Shown piece by piece: positions 48,442-58,498 of a stretch of DNA of 64,000 bases. The position numbers were made by a program, and so were the translations under genes. How positions within the stretch are numbered: the stretch's first letter is position 1; the number at the start of each line of letters is the position of its first letter. The notes under the pieces were generated by a model. The model searched no databases. It saw nothing but the letters and a program-made list of their open reading frames with translations, and had not been told where the DNA came from. This stretch comes from Methanobacteriota archaeon (lineage in GTDB: Archaea > Thermoplasmatota > Thermoplasmata > SG8-5 > JAGLSY01): contig JAEHCQ010000001.1 in the NCBI GenBank assembly GCA_020696385.1, forward strand, positions 1-64,000. The letters run 5' to 3'.

Positions 48442-50025
48442 ATGGAAGTCGAAGAAAGATTGACCAAGCTGAAGCAGGCTTATGCAAATGGAAAGGTCAG
48501 GAAAGAGATATATGATGAGAACCTGGCCAAGCTGGAAGCAGAGCTTGCACAATTGAAAAAAGCTGAAATCGAAGCTGCTAAAGAAAAGCAGCTTGACATG
48601 GTCGATTGTTCCGTATGTGGTGCACCGAATCTGAAATCCGCAATATTCTGCAATGAATGCGGTATGGAGACAGGTGTGAAGTCAGAAGAATCTATCAAGA
48701 AAGAGGAAGGAATGGATGATCTTCTAGAAGATATCCTTCAAAGCGAGATCATCGAGGATAAGAAGGTGGATGCGAGCCTGGGTCTGGTTTCACAAAGTCC
48801 AGTGGCAGAGGGTGAGGATGAGGATGATCTTCTTCTGGATGATCTATTTGATTCACTTGTTCTGAAAGAGGAAGAGATCGAATGTCCATTATGCGGGACC
48901 AGTCTTCCGATGGGAACCCAGCTATGTCCCAATTGTGATGCCCAGATGACTGAGACTGGAGAATTGGTAGAAGAGATCTCCTTTGAATCACTGGCAGATT
49001 CAATAGAAGATGGATTATCCGAGCTGGAAGACATGGCGGAGGATCTCGCACTGGATGATGAGGTGGGAGAAGAACTTGATGATCTTTCCGATATCATGGG
49101 AAGTGTGGATACGGAGATACCACAAGCTGAAAAGGTTGCAATTGCAGAGCCAGCCCCCGAGCCAGTGACTCCGAAGCCTATGGCAAAAACCAAAAGAGTT
49201 GTGAAGTCAAAATCTGTAGCAAAGACCAAAAGTGCTGCGAAGCCAAAACCTGCTGTTCAAAAATCAGAGCCAACCCCGATAGAAGAGGACATCGATGTCG
49301 TACCAGGTGACATCGATGAAGAAAAGGTTTCCAAACTCCACCTGATAGGAATGCGGGTGATCGATCTGATAGTAATCATAACACTGATTGGCTTAATCGG
49401 TGTCTTCCTGGGATTCAAATTATATTATATCGAGAATTTCAATTCAATGAGTACTGGACTCTTCTTCGGAGTGGCACTTGGAGGAATGCTGGCAACATTT
49501 ATCTTATTCAGAATGAACACCTCGGCAGTTGCGGAAGGTGACCGGCTTTTCAAGGCTGGCAAATACGAGGAGGCTCTGGGATATTATGAGAGGGCCTGCA
49601 AACTGAGCAATAAGCCAGCCACTGCCTGGACAAGCAAAGGTGTCACACTCAAAAGATTAGGCGACCATGGTGGTGCACTTAGGAGCCACAATATCGCCAT
49701 AAAGCTCAACCCGAAAAATGAGATCGCCTGGAGCAATAAAGGAGATCTTCTGTTCAGGCTGAACAAGCATGATGAAGCACTTGAATGCTATGAGAATGCC
49801 CTTGATCTCAATTCAAGATATGCGATCGCCTGGAACAATAAAGGGACCACATTGGCAAGGATGGGGCGCTATGAAGAGGCTAAGGTATGCCAGGACATGG
49901 CAACACGCCTCAGGCCAAGGTATGCCGCGGCTTGGGTTAATAAGGGAGAGATATTGGCCAATCTCGGAAGGCGAGATGAGGCAATAGTCTGCTACAAGAG
50001 AGCGAAGAAGCTCATAGCAGCTTGA
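48442..50025 (+). CDS. Membrane scaffold: SHOCT-like N-terminus, two zinc ribbons, acidic linker, 2 TMs, TPR repeats
   Basis: CSVC..CNEC and CPLC..CPNC; two hydrophobic helices; TPRs AWTSKG/AWSNKG/AWNNKG/AWVNKG. Confidence 0.85.
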   Translation: MEVEERLTKLKQAYANGKVRKEIYDENLAKLEAELAQLKKAEIEAAKEKQLDMVDCSVCGAPNLKSAIFCNECGMETGVKSEESIKKEEGMDDLLEDILQSEIIEDKKVDASLGLVSQSPVAEGEDEDDLLLDDLFDSLVLKEEEIECPLCGTSLPMGTQLCPNCDAQMTETGELVEEISFESLADSIEDGLSELEDMAEDLALDDEVGEELDDLSDIMGSVDTEIPQAEKVAIAEPAPEPVTPKPMAKTKRVVKSKSVAKTKSAAKPKPAVQKSEPTPIEEDIDVVPGDIDEEKVSKLHLIGMRVIDLIVIITLIGLIGVFLGFKLYYIENFNSMSTGLFFGVALGGMLATFILFRMNTSAVAEGDRLFKAGKYEEALGYYERACKLSNKPATAWTSKGVTLKRLGDHGGALRSHNIAIKLNPKNEIAWSNKGDLLFRLNKHDEALECYENALDLNSRYAIAWNNKGTTLARMGRYEEAKVCQDMATRLRPRYAAAWVNKGEILANLGRRDEAIVCYKRAKKLIAA

Positions 50026-50195
50026 ACACATCATCCTATGCCGGAAATTCCATAATGTCAGATTCTAAAATATTCCGGTTTATTCAATTGACAATTGCAC
50101 AAAACACATGCTGTTTGTAACTGGCCAGCATGAGAATCGAATATGAATAAAAACCCATTGGGAAGGTTTTTAAACATAAATGAGCATATGGGGGA

Positions 50196-50918
50196 ATGGT
50201 AGTCATGGTGGAAAGATTTAGAACATATATTGAAGGATTCGATGACAAGCTCGGAGGTGGGGTTCCAGATGAAAGCATCATCCTACTGGTCGGTGAGCCA
50301 GGGACCATGAAGTCCTCTGTTGCCTTCAATATGCTTTTCAATAATGCCAAGCAGGGTGGCTTGAATTCAGTCTACCTCACCCTGGAACAGAATACTGGCA
50401 GCCTGTCCAGACATATGAGAAGTATGGGCATGGACCCAGACCAGGTCTCGGATCATCTGGAGATCGTGGACATTGGCATTATAAGACAGCAACTGACGGA
50501 TATCAAGAAAGATACCTGGATCCAGGTTCTCAAGATGTACATTAAGAACCTGAAAGAAAAACTAGATTATGATGTTCTGGTGATAGATTCCTTACCAGTA
50601 CTGGATGTTCTGGCAAAGTTCGAGGATCCGAGAGAGGAGCTATTTCACTTCTTCGAATGGCTAAGAGGTCTGGGAATAACGACATTATTGATATCGGAAA
50701 TGGATCCAGATTCCAGATCATATGCTAAATACGATGAGGACTTCCTTGCAGATGGCATCATCTACCTGAGGATGGTGGAAAGCGGCGGAGTCAGCGTCCA
50801 GAGACAGATCAGATGTGTGAAGATGCGTGCGACCAACCACAATACGGATTTCTACACATTGATGTTCGATGGCGGCAAGTTCAAGATTACCAGAGTGATA
50901 GGAGATTCAAAGAAGTAG
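50196..50918 (+). CDS. Single-domain KaiC/RAD55-like ATPase
   Basis: GFDDKLGGG, variant Walker A GEPGTMKS, TLEQ, VLVIDS, LISE, LADGIIYL, KMR. Confidence 0.9.
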   Translation: MVVMVERFRTYIEGFDDKLGGGVPDESIILLVGEPGTMKSSVAFNMLFNNAKQGGLNSVYLTLEQNTGSLSRHMRSMGMDPDQVSDHLEIVDIGIIRQQLTDIKKDTWIQVLKMYIKNLKEKLDYDVLVIDSLPVLDVLAKFEDPREELFHFFEWLRGLGITTLLISEMDPDSRSYAKYDEDFLADGIIYLRMVESGGVSVQRQIRCVKMRATNHNTDFYTLMFDGGKFKITRVIGDSKK

Positions 50919-50928
50919 GGGATATAGT

Positions 50929-51465
50929 ATGACAGATAGAAAATACAAAACAAAGATATGCCTTGTAGGCGAAAGCGGTGTTGGCAAGACCAGCCTGATC
51001 AAGAAATATGTATTGGATATCTTTGATGACAAGTACATCACCACTATCGGGACCAAGGTTTCGAAAAAATCCCAGACCATTGATGTAGAAAATGAAAAAG
51101 TGGATATTGACATGATGATATGGGATATCATGGGCCAGTCAAGCTTCAGAGTTCTTCTTCAGGATGCTTATTTCTATGGAGCCCATGGAATAATCGCAAT
51201 ATGTGATGCAACAAGGCCAGAGACACTTCAAGACATTCATTCCTGGATAGACTCGACAAAGGAGGTCATCGGCGATGTTCCCATCGTTTTCCTTGCAAAC
51301 AAGAGTGACCTTGGTGATGAAGTGAAGATCACCAAGGAAATGATGGATAAGGAGCTGGAAAGATACAATATGCCAGCGATGATGTCAAGTGCCAAATCTG
51401 GCGAGAATGTGGAGAATGCCTTTAATACTCTTGGAAAGATGATCATCACCAATATATCGGATTGA
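50929..51465 (+). CDS. Rab-like small GTPase
   Basis: G1 GESGVGKT, G2 YITTIG, G3 WDIMGQ, G4 NKSD, G5 SSAK; YFYGA resembles RabF4. Confidence 0.93.
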   Translation: MTDRKYKTKICLVGESGVGKTSLIKKYVLDIFDDKYITTIGTKVSKKSQTIDVENEKVDIDMMIWDIMGQSSFRVLLQDAYFYGAHGIIAICDATRPETLQDIHSWIDSTKEVIGDVPIVFLANKSDLGDEVKITKEMMDKELERYNMPAMMSSAKSGENVENAFNTLGKMIITNISD

Positions 51466-51487
51466 TACACAGGTCGGGAGAGATGGG

Positions 51488-52300
51488 ATGCAAAAGAAAA
51501 TAATAAAAAAGATATGCCTCCTTGGCGATAACTCGGTTGGCAAGACCAGTCTGATCAAGAAATTTGTTTTCGACACCTTTGATGACAAGTACATTGCGAC
51601 CATCGGGACCAAGACAGTGAAGAAAGAAATGGAAGTGGATTATTTCGGAAAGCCATTGAACCTGACACTGATGATATGGGATATCATCGGGCAGAAGGAA
51701 TATCGCAATCTTCAGAACATGAGCTTCGAGGGAACCAGTGGCGCACTGGTCGTTTGTGATATGACACGACCAGAGACATTGAAAAGCCTGGAAGAATACT
51801 GGATAAGTGCATTGAAGGATATTGCAGGCAATGTCCCTATCGTCTTTCTGGCGAATAAATGCGATCTCGTGGACGAGGCAAAGGTTACCAGAGAAGAACT
51901 CATGGAAACATCAAAGCGCCATTCGGCCAATTTCTTCATGACCAGTGCCAAGACAGGAGAGAATGTTGAGACGGCTTTCAAGCTTCTCGGCAAGAAGGTC
52001 GTGGCCGGGAAAACTGATGGAGCAGTGGATGTAAAGGCCAAGGAAAACAAGATGAGCCCTGTGGAGGTGATGGACAATATAGTCGCCCACTTCTGCAAGA
52101 ATTCCAAGCAGGAAACTGATTATGCCATGTCCATAATCAGAAAACAATGCCAGGTTATTGGCCTGAATATAAACAACCCCACAAAGCAGTCCATGTTACA
52201 GCTGATTGAAAAGCTGGCAACAGTGGAGACCGATTTCTTATCCACATTCGAGGTCAATAAGAACAGGATCGAGAGAAAGGGTTTTGTTGCCAAGATGTGA
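51488..52300 (+). CDS. Rab-like small GTPase with an ~80-aa C-terminal helical domain
   Basis: GDNSVGKT, YIATIG, WDIIGQ, NKCD, TSAK, followed by an extra domain. Confidence 0.93.
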   Translation: MQKKIIKKICLLGDNSVGKTSLIKKFVFDTFDDKYIATIGTKTVKKEMEVDYFGKPLNLTLMIWDIIGQKEYRNLQNMSFEGTSGALVVCDMTRPETLKSLEEYWISALKDIAGNVPIVFLANKCDLVDEAKVTREELMETSKRHSANFFMTSAKTGENVETAFKLLGKKVVAGKTDGAVDVKAKENKMSPVEVMDNIVAHFCKNSKQETDYAMSIIRKQCQVIGLNINNPTKQSMLQLIEKLATVETDFLSTFEVNKNRIERKGFVAKM

Positions 52301-52358
52301 GATCCCACTTTTTTCTTTTATTCAAGCCCCAACCTGCTCGCTCGGGCATTATGTATAT

Positions 52359-52949
52359 CTATGCTCGACCGTGGCTTTCACCCTTCACAAAAGCCGCTCC
52401 GATAAGGTGAGCCAGCCTTATCGCCTCAGGAAGCGCACCCCTCAATGTCGCATTGGCCAGCAATTCTTTAAGATCATCATATTCAATACCAGCGAAGCTT
52501 ACATAAACAGGTTTATTTTCCGTGTCAAATTCATGAATTTCCGAGGCTTTCATAAGCTTCAATCTGTACTCCCAATCATCAAAATGAGAACGCAATGCCT
52601 TCTCGATCTCGGAAAAGTCTGGCTTGTAGCGTGTTATCGTCGCAACCGCGATGCCAGTATCTGAATGGATACGCTTGATATCAACAACATTGAAGCCTCC
52701 AAGAGCTGCACCATCAATGACTATGAGTTTGAGCTGGCGCTTGTATCTGGAACGATTGACCATGCGTATCACCGCATCGGTGGAATCTAGACCATCGATG
52801 GTGATATCCGACATCATCACACCCTCGACATACCCTGGACAGCGAACGACCACACCCACCGCCTTTGTCTTGTCCTCGCCAAAGGTGAAGGATGCATCGT
52901 CAATGCCCAGAATCCTAACCTGGCTTTTTTGGGTCTTTCGGCCTTCCAT
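52359..52949 (-). CDS. DUF99 family (endonuclease V-like) protein
   Basis: ILGIDD, IDGLDST, DG..LGGFNVVDI, PEAIRLAHLI. Confidence 0.88.
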   Translation of the reverse strand: MEGRKTQKSQVRILGIDDASFTFGEDKTKAVGVVVRCPGYVEGVMMSDITIDGLDSTDAVIRMVNRSRYKRQLKLIVIDGAALGGFNVVDIKRIHSDTGIAVATITRYKPDFSEIEKALRSHFDDWEYRLKLMKASEIHEFDTENKPVYVSFAGIEYDDLKELLANATLRGALPEAIRLAHLIGAAFVKGESHGRA

Positions 52950-53002
52950 GAATAGCCATATGATGTCCAATGAAATAAAAATATCGAATTGAAAATATGA
53001 TC

Positions 53003-53044
53003 GAAAAGAAGGGGAAGATATGTGAGCCATTGAAAGGCTCACAT
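53003..53044 (-). terminator. Hairpin plus pyrimidine tract after gene 53080-54048
   Basis: ATGTGAGCC-N7-GGCTCACAT followed on the minus strand by CTTCCCCTTCTTTT. Confidence 0.45.
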
Positions 53045-53079
53045 CCTCATGGTCTTGATTTCTACCATATGACGCAGAT

Positions 53080-54048
53080 CTAAGGGGTCATGAACTGGCC
53101 AACATCTCCGGTCATGGAAATGAACTCTCCAGTTGGGACATAAAATGCCTTAAGTGAATACAATGTATTTGATCTAAGGCCAGTCAATGATATGTAATCT
53201 CCAGGGTTTATCAAACCACCTGCTGCATTGTAATCAAAGTATGTAGCCTGGATCCCATTCGAATTACCGAAGAACATCACCGACTGTGGTGTCGGGGCAG
53301 TATTGCTGGGAATGGACATATATCCCAAATAAGTACCATTGGCATATACATAGATCCTGACATCTCTGGGTGCAATATCTGAGGTAAAACTAGCGAATAT
53401 AGCCCTGCCAGATGTTTGTGAGGTTGCTTCCACAACATTCCAGGAGCCTGCTGGCGTAGATACAGGGGTTAGTGTAGGGGAGGATGATAGGAAATAATCT
53501 TCCAGGGTCACATACCACTGTCCTCCAACATTATAGCATATCATAGATCCCTGATCCACTTCACCTCCAAAATCGCATTCATATACCACGACACAGAAGT
53601 CATCAATGGTTATACCAAATTGGTCAGCGATAAAATCCGCTCTCTGCTGAATATTATCCTGATCCCCAGTGGCCATATCTTCTCTGTAAAATACTTCAGT
53701 TTCCAGAACTGTGATGACATTGTCCTCGATCTCGCCTTCAAATTCAGTAACTATCTGTTCATATTGATCAGAGAAATAGTAAATAGTAAAATCTGTCATT
53801 GTCCTGGCATCACCTGCATTGTAGGCATCGAATAATCCAATGAATGAGCCATCTGGCGTGTATGAAATAACAGAGCTTGTCGGCGTCCCATCATCATCAT
53901 TCAAGGTCACAAAGGCAACGGCCAATGAACCAATAAGAACTACCACCACGAAAATAGCTGGCAGTATGCTTCCCAATTGGGATTTTGTAAACGATCTCGC
54001 AGGCCCCTGGCCCTCCGGCTGTACATCTAAATTATCTTCCACAGGCAT
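53080..54048 (-). CDS. Membrane-anchored extracellular hypothetical protein
   Basis: N-terminal TM, acidic alpha/beta domain, S/T/P linker, beta-rich C-terminal domain. Confidence 0.7.
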   Translation of the reverse strand: MPVEDNLDVQPEGQGPARSFTKSQLGSILPAIFVVVVLIGSLAVAFVTLNDDDGTPTSSVISYTPDGSFIGLFDAYNAGDARTMTDFTIYYFSDQYEQIVTEFEGEIEDNVITVLETEVFYREDMATGDQDNIQQRADFIADQFGITIDDFCVVVYECDFGGEVDQGSMICYNVGGQWYVTLEDYFLSSSPTLTPVSTPAGSWNVVEATSQTSGRAIFASFTSDIAPRDVRIYVYANGTYLGYMSIPSNTAPTPQSVMFFGNSNGIQATYFDYNAAGGLINPGDYISLTGLRSNTLYSLKAFYVPTGEFISMTGDVGQFMTP

Positions 54049-54171
54049 CTCATTCCCTCGTAAATGGGAATGAGTTCGTGATATATAACCTTAAGTTAAC
54101 AAGTTAAAAACAGATCAAAGTGGTCGTCTCTCGACCTCCTTCTCAAAGAGGTCGGTATACAGCAGCCTCAT

Positions 54172-55239
54172 TCAAAGAGGCTGCCTCTCGACCTCCAATC
54201 TGTCAGCGGTCGGATATTCCTCCACAATAAAGCATTGGCAATCGATCTCTTCGGCTATCTCTTCCAACACCCAGGCAGCCAGTTCGATTCGATGCTTCTT
54301 AACATCGAATCTGATCAGATCATCAGGTATCTCGAATTCCTCCGAAATATCCTTCAATAGACCTTCAGGATCTTCGCACTCGATAACACCTTTGATAAAT
54401 GTCCCTTCATCACTGATGATCTCCAAAGGCGTCGCGGTGTTCTCCGCCCGGCGCATGATACGCCTCCGGAGCTGAATACCGTCTTTGAAGCTGGCGGAGC
54501 AGTAGTGGATGGTCATCGACCCTTCATGCTCTTTAATGATCTTACAGGCCATTTCCTCACTACCCTTTGCGGCACTTGATACATCATCCTTTATCTCATA
54601 CCCGTGGGCTTTCAGTTCCTGCCAATTGGACTCGGAGAACTCCAGCTCATTAAGATTTATGAAATCCACATCACATTCCTCTGCAAATCTCATGAGGGAT
54701 GTGGTCTCGGCCAGCATATCGGGAAGGGTGGGTATTTCCAGACCAGTATGCAATCCGTGTTTCTTCGCAGCCTCGATAGCAGACGGATAGCTCGTATAGG
54801 GGAACTTATCCCAGGCAGAAGGTGGTGGATGGAACCTTATTTCATCCAGACCAGCTTGAGCCAATTGGATTATCTTATCAATGTCAGGGGTAGCGGTGTA
54901 GAGATGTATATGATGGGATATTCCGAATGTATTCTTCAGTAATTTGATAAAGCGGATCGTCTGTTGAATGTCATCCATGGGATCACCTCCAGTTATGCCA
55001 GTCCCTTCAGCACCTATGGCCCTCGCCTCCAATATCAGATCACTATCATCTTCGGCTTTTAGTTCATCGGCATAAACAACCTTCTTGCCCTGCTTCTCCT
55101 CAGATAATGGACAGTAGAAACATTTGAAAAAGCACTGGCCAGTGACAAGGAGAACCATTTTTGAGCCGCGCTCGCACATGATGCATCCGGTCGGGAGTTC
55201 TCCCTTGAATAGAGAGCCATTATCCATCTCTTTTAACAT
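54172..55239 (-). CDS. Archaeal radical SAM protein (COG2108-like)
   Basis: GCIMC..GSKMVLLVTGQCFFKCFYCP, GITGGDP, LDEIRFHP, NLNELEFSE. Confidence 0.9.
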   Translation of the reverse strand: MLKEMDNGSLFKGELPTGCIMCERGSKMVLLVTGQCFFKCFYCPLSEEKQGKKVVYADELKAEDDSDLILEARAIGAEGTGITGGDPMDDIQQTIRFIKLLKNTFGISHHIHLYTATPDIDKIIQLAQAGLDEIRFHPPPSAWDKFPYTSYPSAIEAAKKHGLHTGLEIPTLPDMLAETTSLMRFAEECDVDFINLNELEFSESNWQELKAHGYEIKDDVSSAAKGSEEMACKIIKEHEGSMTIHYCSASFKDGIQLRRRIMRRAENTATPLEIISDEGTFIKGVIECEDPEGLLKDISEEFEIPDDLIRFDVKKHRIELAAWVLEEIAEEIDCQCFIVEEYPTADRLEVERQPL

Positions 55240-55377
55240 ATGCCACCTGATTGGTCTTTATATATTAGTGAATTTGGTTAACACTCTACGAATTTGGAAT
55301 TTTTAGGCTCAGTATAATCACATTGTTTTTGAGCCTGAAAGTTCCAGCATAGTATTTATTTACAAGAAGGATTTGTA

Positions 55378-56454
55378 GTGGATTGGATGCAAGCCATTGA
55401 AGGCGATATGGTTGGAGACCATATCATCATAAAAGATGAGGCTGAGGCCAGCCAGATATATAGCAAGGGCTATTTTGGAATAAATCAGTCAGGCGGTTCT
55501 CTCAAGCTGGATATCATCGAGGCCATATATCTTGTTGAGATCGGAAAGCTGGAAGTGAAAAAAGGCAAAAGCCAGATCGACCTGGAGAAATTGTACAGGC
55601 TTGGTCACAGCACGATCGAGAATTTTGAGATTAAATATCTCGTTTACCGAGATATTAGGCAAAGAGGATACGTGGTAAAGCCAGGCTCAAAGCCTCTGGA
55701 CTTCAGAGTACTGCCAAGAGGTGGTGTTCCGGGCAAGAACCCATCCAAATTCTGGGTGCTAGCCATCTCGGAAAGAGAGAAGTTCGAACTGGAGGAGATC
55801 ATAGATATCGTCAAGAGGGTGAGGAAGGTGAAAAAGGACCTTCTGATAGCCGTGGTTGATGAAGAGAGTGATCTGACATATTACAAATCGAAAGTCATCA
55901 TACCCAAAGGACACATAGAACCAACAGCGGATTTTCATATCGCTGATGCCTTATTCCTGATGGATAGGGTACTGATACTTGACAAGAACCAGGCAACGAT
56001 GTTACATTCAATAGAGTTCTTTGGAAAACCCATAGGTGATTATCTGCAATTATCCCTTCTTGAGACCGCACATCTCATGGATCGTGGTATCATAAAGGTA
56101 AAATCCTCGACAACCAGCCGCGCGATATCCAATAAAAAATTCAAGGAAGAGGCCAGGAAGGTACAGGGTGATTTCGATCTGAGGTTCGAAATATACAATG
56201 ACCTCAAAAAATGCGGTCTGCTTGTCAAGACCGGATTCAAATATGGCTCACACTTCAGAGCTTATGAAGGCGATCCAGATCACAACCATGCCAAATACCT
56301 GATACATGGCATGCCCCAGGATTTTGTGGGCATGTGGGCGGAGATTAGTAGAGCTGTGAGACTGGCACATGGTGTTAAGAAAGACATCTTACTTGCAAGG
56401 AAGAAGGGCAAGGAAGATGCAGAATACTTGAGATTGCGCAGAGTGAGACCATAG
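55378..56454 (+). CDS. endA: tRNA-splicing endonuclease (two-unit, homodimeric type)
   Basis: Two repeats; catalytic unit KTGFKYGSHFRAY..H...RLAHGVKK. The start may be ATG 55387. Confidence 0.95.
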   Translation: MDWMQAIEGDMVGDHIIIKDEAEASQIYSKGYFGINQSGGSLKLDIIEAIYLVEIGKLEVKKGKSQIDLEKLYRLGHSTIENFEIKYLVYRDIRQRGYVVKPGSKPLDFRVLPRGGVPGKNPSKFWVLAISEREKFELEEIIDIVKRVRKVKKDLLIAVVDEESDLTYYKSKVIIPKGHIEPTADFHIADALFLMDRVLILDKNQATMLHSIEFFGKPIGDYLQLSLLETAHLMDRGIIKVKSSTTSRAISNKKFKEEARKVQGDFDLRFEIYNDLKKCGLLVKTGFKYGSHFRAYEGDPDHNHAKYLIHGMPQDFVGMWAEISRAVRLAHGVKKDILLARKKGKEDAEYLRLRRVRP

Positions 56455-56474
56455 TTGATCTTTCACCTTCCCTA

Positions 56475-58400
56475 TCATTTGCCTTTGCCATATTTTTCCT
56501 TTAGCTTTAGATAAGTATCCTCGGATATCTCTCCTTTAGAATACCTATGATCTACTCTCAACATGATATCTATTGGGAGTTCTTCTGGGCCGGGTATCTC
56601 TGGTTCACCACTGTAGGTTGAAGATTTTTCCCTTGATCGGAATATTAGAAGCACTGCCAAGAGGATCAGTACTCCCATGAGAGCGAATATCCAGATATAA
56701 TCCATGATGCCATCACTATGAACACCATTTTCAGATATATCTACCAGAACTTTGGTGCTTTTCTCTACACCATTGGAATTAATGGTCTTCAGTATAACGG
56801 AATAATTTCCAGGTGTCCAGAAATGGAAACAGCAGGAATGACCATAGAGAGTTGTTGAAGTTCTGTTGTATTCAAATGTCCAGGTACAATTGACGATATT
56901 TGAGTCATCAAAGGAATCGGCACAATTGAAGGTGACTGGCTCTCCACACTTTGTCAGAATGGTGACATATTCCATGGCATCATCACTCATGACCAGTTCC
57001 CAAGAATGGAGAACTGGAGATCTTAGACTATTGCTTTTGAACTGGGCCACCAACTGCAGATTGGGATGATCCAAACAGCTGATATTGGATATGTCTATAT
57101 CATCCCCTTCCAGATCTGCGAAGCTTTCAATAATTGATCCTGAATCGGCGTCCCGGATGGATACTGATATTGTATTGTCTGTATCTATCCCAGACTTACT
57201 GATGTTCAGAGAGACCCAGGCTTTGTTCTCCGGGATCTGGATCGGCTTGGTGATGATCTCACCTTGTGAGATATAGAATTCAGATAGGTAATCCGTCTCG
57301 GCGTAGTGGACCAAATGGGAAGTATTGAATCCATAATACCATAATCTTACTAAGCCTCCATCATCGATCATCACATTAGGTCCGCCTAATCTTCTGGAGT
57401 CAGTAACAAGGCTTGGGCTCAAAACCTCTCCATGTTTTGTCCAGTTATTTCCATCGGTCGATGTTGCGAAGCATATGACTGTTTGTCCATAGTAGGGATA
57501 TCCAGAATACCAAAGCAGAAAAGTATCGTTATGATAGACCATGAATGGTTCGGTCAACCACATGAAGTCCGGGGATCCTGGGCCACTGGTGTTTAGGAAC
57601 ATGCCCTCTTTCTGCCAATTTACACCATCGCTGGAGGTGGCCATGTGCAGCTTCTTTGTCACGCCATCATATCCAACGTACACCATTTTGTATGTCCCGT
57701 CAGGCATTTTGATGACCTTGCCATTTTCCAGTCCCATAAAGTCTGTTGTGCCATAGGGTCCATTACCCAGGATCTTTCCCTGATCTATCCAGTTTAGACC
57801 ATCATCGGAGGTGGCCATATACATCTCAAAATAATTGGTGTCAGCATCCTGTCCGCTGTAGTACATCTTGTAACCATCATCATCTTTCAAAACACAAGGA
57901 ACAGCTATACCGCGCATATTGTTCTTCATGGTGACCGAGTCGGGTCCGAATGCCACGCCTTGCTTTGTCCAATTCTCTGCATCTGTCGAAGTAGCGTACA
58001 TTATACTGTAAGTGTAGTCCGGGTGTGGATTCCTGTAGCCAGTGTACCACATCTTGTAGATACCGTCATCTTTCAACACGAAAGGTTGCATCGTCCATTT
58101 ACAGTCAATGTCAGTTGCCGTTCCATTGGGTACTGCCACACCCTTCTTGTCCCAGGCCAGAGGATCGAAACCAATATTGAGCAGGCTGGCTTCCCCATTC
58201 TCGATCCTTAAGTTGTCATAATGATCTATTCCAGATGAGTCATCAAGATCATCAGACCAAACGGAAGTCGAATCAGAAATATCCACGATCTCCGTACTGG
58301 ATACTATATTAAAGGGCTGAAAAATATTGAGCAATAAAACTATAGAAATGACCAATGTCATGCTCCATGTAAGTTGCCCACGATGAATGCTTACTCTCAT
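56475..58400 (-). CDS. Surface protein: one five-bladed beta-propeller (GH32/GH43-clan-like), PKD, TM, SHOCT-like tail
   Basis: Signal peptide; 5 blades of YKMWY.G..YATS.DG..W.K.G; WTF..PGNY PKD; C-terminal KGEISEDTYLKLKEKY. Confidence 0.82.
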   Translation of the reverse strand: MRVSIHRGQLTWSMTLVISIVLLLNIFQPFNIVSSTEIVDISDSTSVWSDDLDDSSGIDHYDNLRIENGEASLLNIGFDPLAWDKKGVAVPNGTATDIDCKWTMQPFVLKDDGIYKMWYTGYRNPHPDYTYSIMYATSTDAENWTKQGVAFGPDSVTMKNNMRGIAVPCVLKDDDGYKMYYSGQDADTNYFEMYMATSDDGLNWIDQGKILGNGPYGTTDFMGLENGKVIKMPDGTYKMVYVGYDGVTKKLHMATSSDGVNWQKEGMFLNTSGPGSPDFMWLTEPFMVYHNDTFLLWYSGYPYYGQTVICFATSTDGNNWTKHGEVLSPSLVTDSRRLGGPNVMIDDGGLVRLWYYGFNTSHLVHYAETDYLSEFYISQGEIITKPIQIPENKAWVSLNISKSGIDTDNTISVSIRDADSGSIIESFADLEGDDIDISNISCLDHPNLQLVAQFKSNSLRSPVLHSWELVMSDDAMEYVTILTKCGEPVTFNCADSFDDSNIVNCTWTFEYNRTSTTLYGHSCCFHFWTPGNYSVILKTINSNGVEKSTKVLVDISENGVHSDGIMDYIWIFALMGVLILLAVLLIFRSREKSSTYSGEPEIPGPEELPIDIMLRVDHRYSKGEISEDTYLKLKEKYGKGK

Positions 58401-58498
58401 TCAATACCCAATACTACAATATAATTATAGTATTTAAGAATAGAACAGAGCTTTTAATGATTAGGTATCCCATGTTAATGGAAGTTACCACTGTGGCA

